NCBI GenBank assembly: GCA_034530875.2
Contig: JAVRCJ020000025.1
Span: 1-64,000 of the forward strand
Source of the DNA: Nostoc sp. DedSLP01
Lineage (GTDB): Bacteria; Cyanobacteriota; Cyanobacteriia; Cyanobacteriales; Nostocaceae
Length of the DNA stretch: 64,000 bases
Reading direction: 5' to 3'
A program made the translations under genes and the position numbers. Shown here piece by piece: positions 63,188-64,000 of the stretch (the stretch's first letter is position 1; each line of letters begins with the position of its first letter). A model generated the notes under the pieces. That model did not search any database. It worked only from the letters and a program-made list of their open reading frames with translations, and had not been told where the DNA came from.

Positions 63188-63312
63188 TAATAGGGCATAG
63201 GGCATAGGGAATGGCGCATGGGAAGATGGAAAAATGGGAGCAGAGGAGAAGTGACAATAGTATTTTCCCTCTGCCCCTAGAACCTCTTCCAATGCCCCAT
63301 GCCGCATACCCA

Positions 63313-63966
63313 ATGCCCAACATTGATTTCACCCAAAAGTTACAAAATTTAATGCAACGAGTGGGTATTTCTAGTTTTAAAGCCCTTAGTCGTGCTGCTG
63401 GCGTTTCTGAACGTCAGCTTTTACGGTTACGGCAAGGAGAAGTTGAGCAGATGCGGATAGATGTGCTGCTGAAGCTGTCGCCAGTGCTACAGATATCATT
63501 AAGCGAATTAGTCACAACTTTCTCAAATATAGAATTATTAAAAGAGACGGCAGCACCAACTCAAGAATTATTACAAGAAATTGCAAATTTAAAAATAGAG
63601 TACGATCGCTTGCAGTCGCAACTAGAAAGCCAGCGAGAGTTATTATTACAAGAACTCCAGCAGTCAACCTTACAACTGCTGGAGTCTTTGTTGTTGCAAT
63701 GGCCGACGGCAGCAAAAAAAGCCCAGGAAGATCCAGAGTTTCCAGCAGTCAAAATAGTGCCGTTGGTGCAGAAACCCTTAGAAAAGCTTTTACAGGAGTG
63801 GGGAGTACAAGCGATCGCATCAGTGGGAGCAGAAGTACCCTACGATCCCCAACTCCACCAATCGATCCAAGGAACAGCACAACCCGGAGAAATAGTCAAA
63901 GTACGCTACACTGGCTACCTTCAAGGTGACAAGCTGCTTCATAGAGCCAGAGTCAGCCCTGTGTAA
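63313..63966 (+). CDS. Cro/C1-type HTH - coiled coil - GrpE-like domain protein
   Basis: SFKALSRAAGVSERQLLRLRQG HTH and a C-terminal YDPQLHQ...VRYTGY..GDKLLHRARV GrpE head. Start reset past the STRR. Confidence 0.8.
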   Translation: MPNIDFTQKLQNLMQRVGISSFKALSRAAGVSERQLLRLRQGEVEQMRIDVLLKLSPVLQISLSELVTTFSNIELLKETAAPTQELLQEIANLKIEYDRLQSQLESQRELLLQELQQSTLQLLESLLLQWPTAAKKAQEDPEFPAVKIVPLVQKPLEKLLQEWGVQAIASVGAEVPYDPQLHQSIQGTAQPGEIVKVRYTGYLQGDKLLHRARVSPV

Positions 63967-64000
63967 AAGGGCATAGGGTATGGGGGAAGCAGGAGGTGTG

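Overview
This is a chromosomal window from a heterocyst-forming (Nostocales-type) cyanobacterium, judged from the frequent HIP1 GCGATCGC sites, heptamer STRR tracts, and the ycf66, psb34, petF, devBCA-like and hik2 genes. The backbone is housekeeping: murE, hik2, dnaK, gnd, rplU-rpmA, comM/yifB, cimA, a thiO-thiG fusion, map, bvdR, petF, srxA-dps. Small accessory patches lie between these genes: (1) an IS5/ISL2-like element end that interrupts a Uma2 gene at the left edge; (2) a DUF6888/DUF6887-like pair; (3) a protealysin-emfourin pair; (4) a BMP/ABC fragment without permeases next to an oxalate-CoA-ligase-like gene and a frameshifted nifJ remnant; (5) a TetR-devBCA-like exporter; (6) a tandem AbrB/PIN toxin-antitoxin locus whose two toxins share an 89-bp 3' end; (7) an AcoR-type GAF pseudokinase with a receiver partner; (8) an RTX protein with variable aromatic loops; (9) an orphan double-glycine-leader protein; (10) an Rpn/DUF4351 pseudogene with an intact C-terminal mini-ORF. 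Many micro-mobile elements (MITE-like, REP-like, SDR/HIP1 insertions, STRR) are present, several inserted in frame in genes. I saw no rRNA, tRNA or CRISPR array. Family assignments come from motif recognition by eye, not from database searches. No single clearly new multi-gene system stands out. The best candidates are listed under findings.
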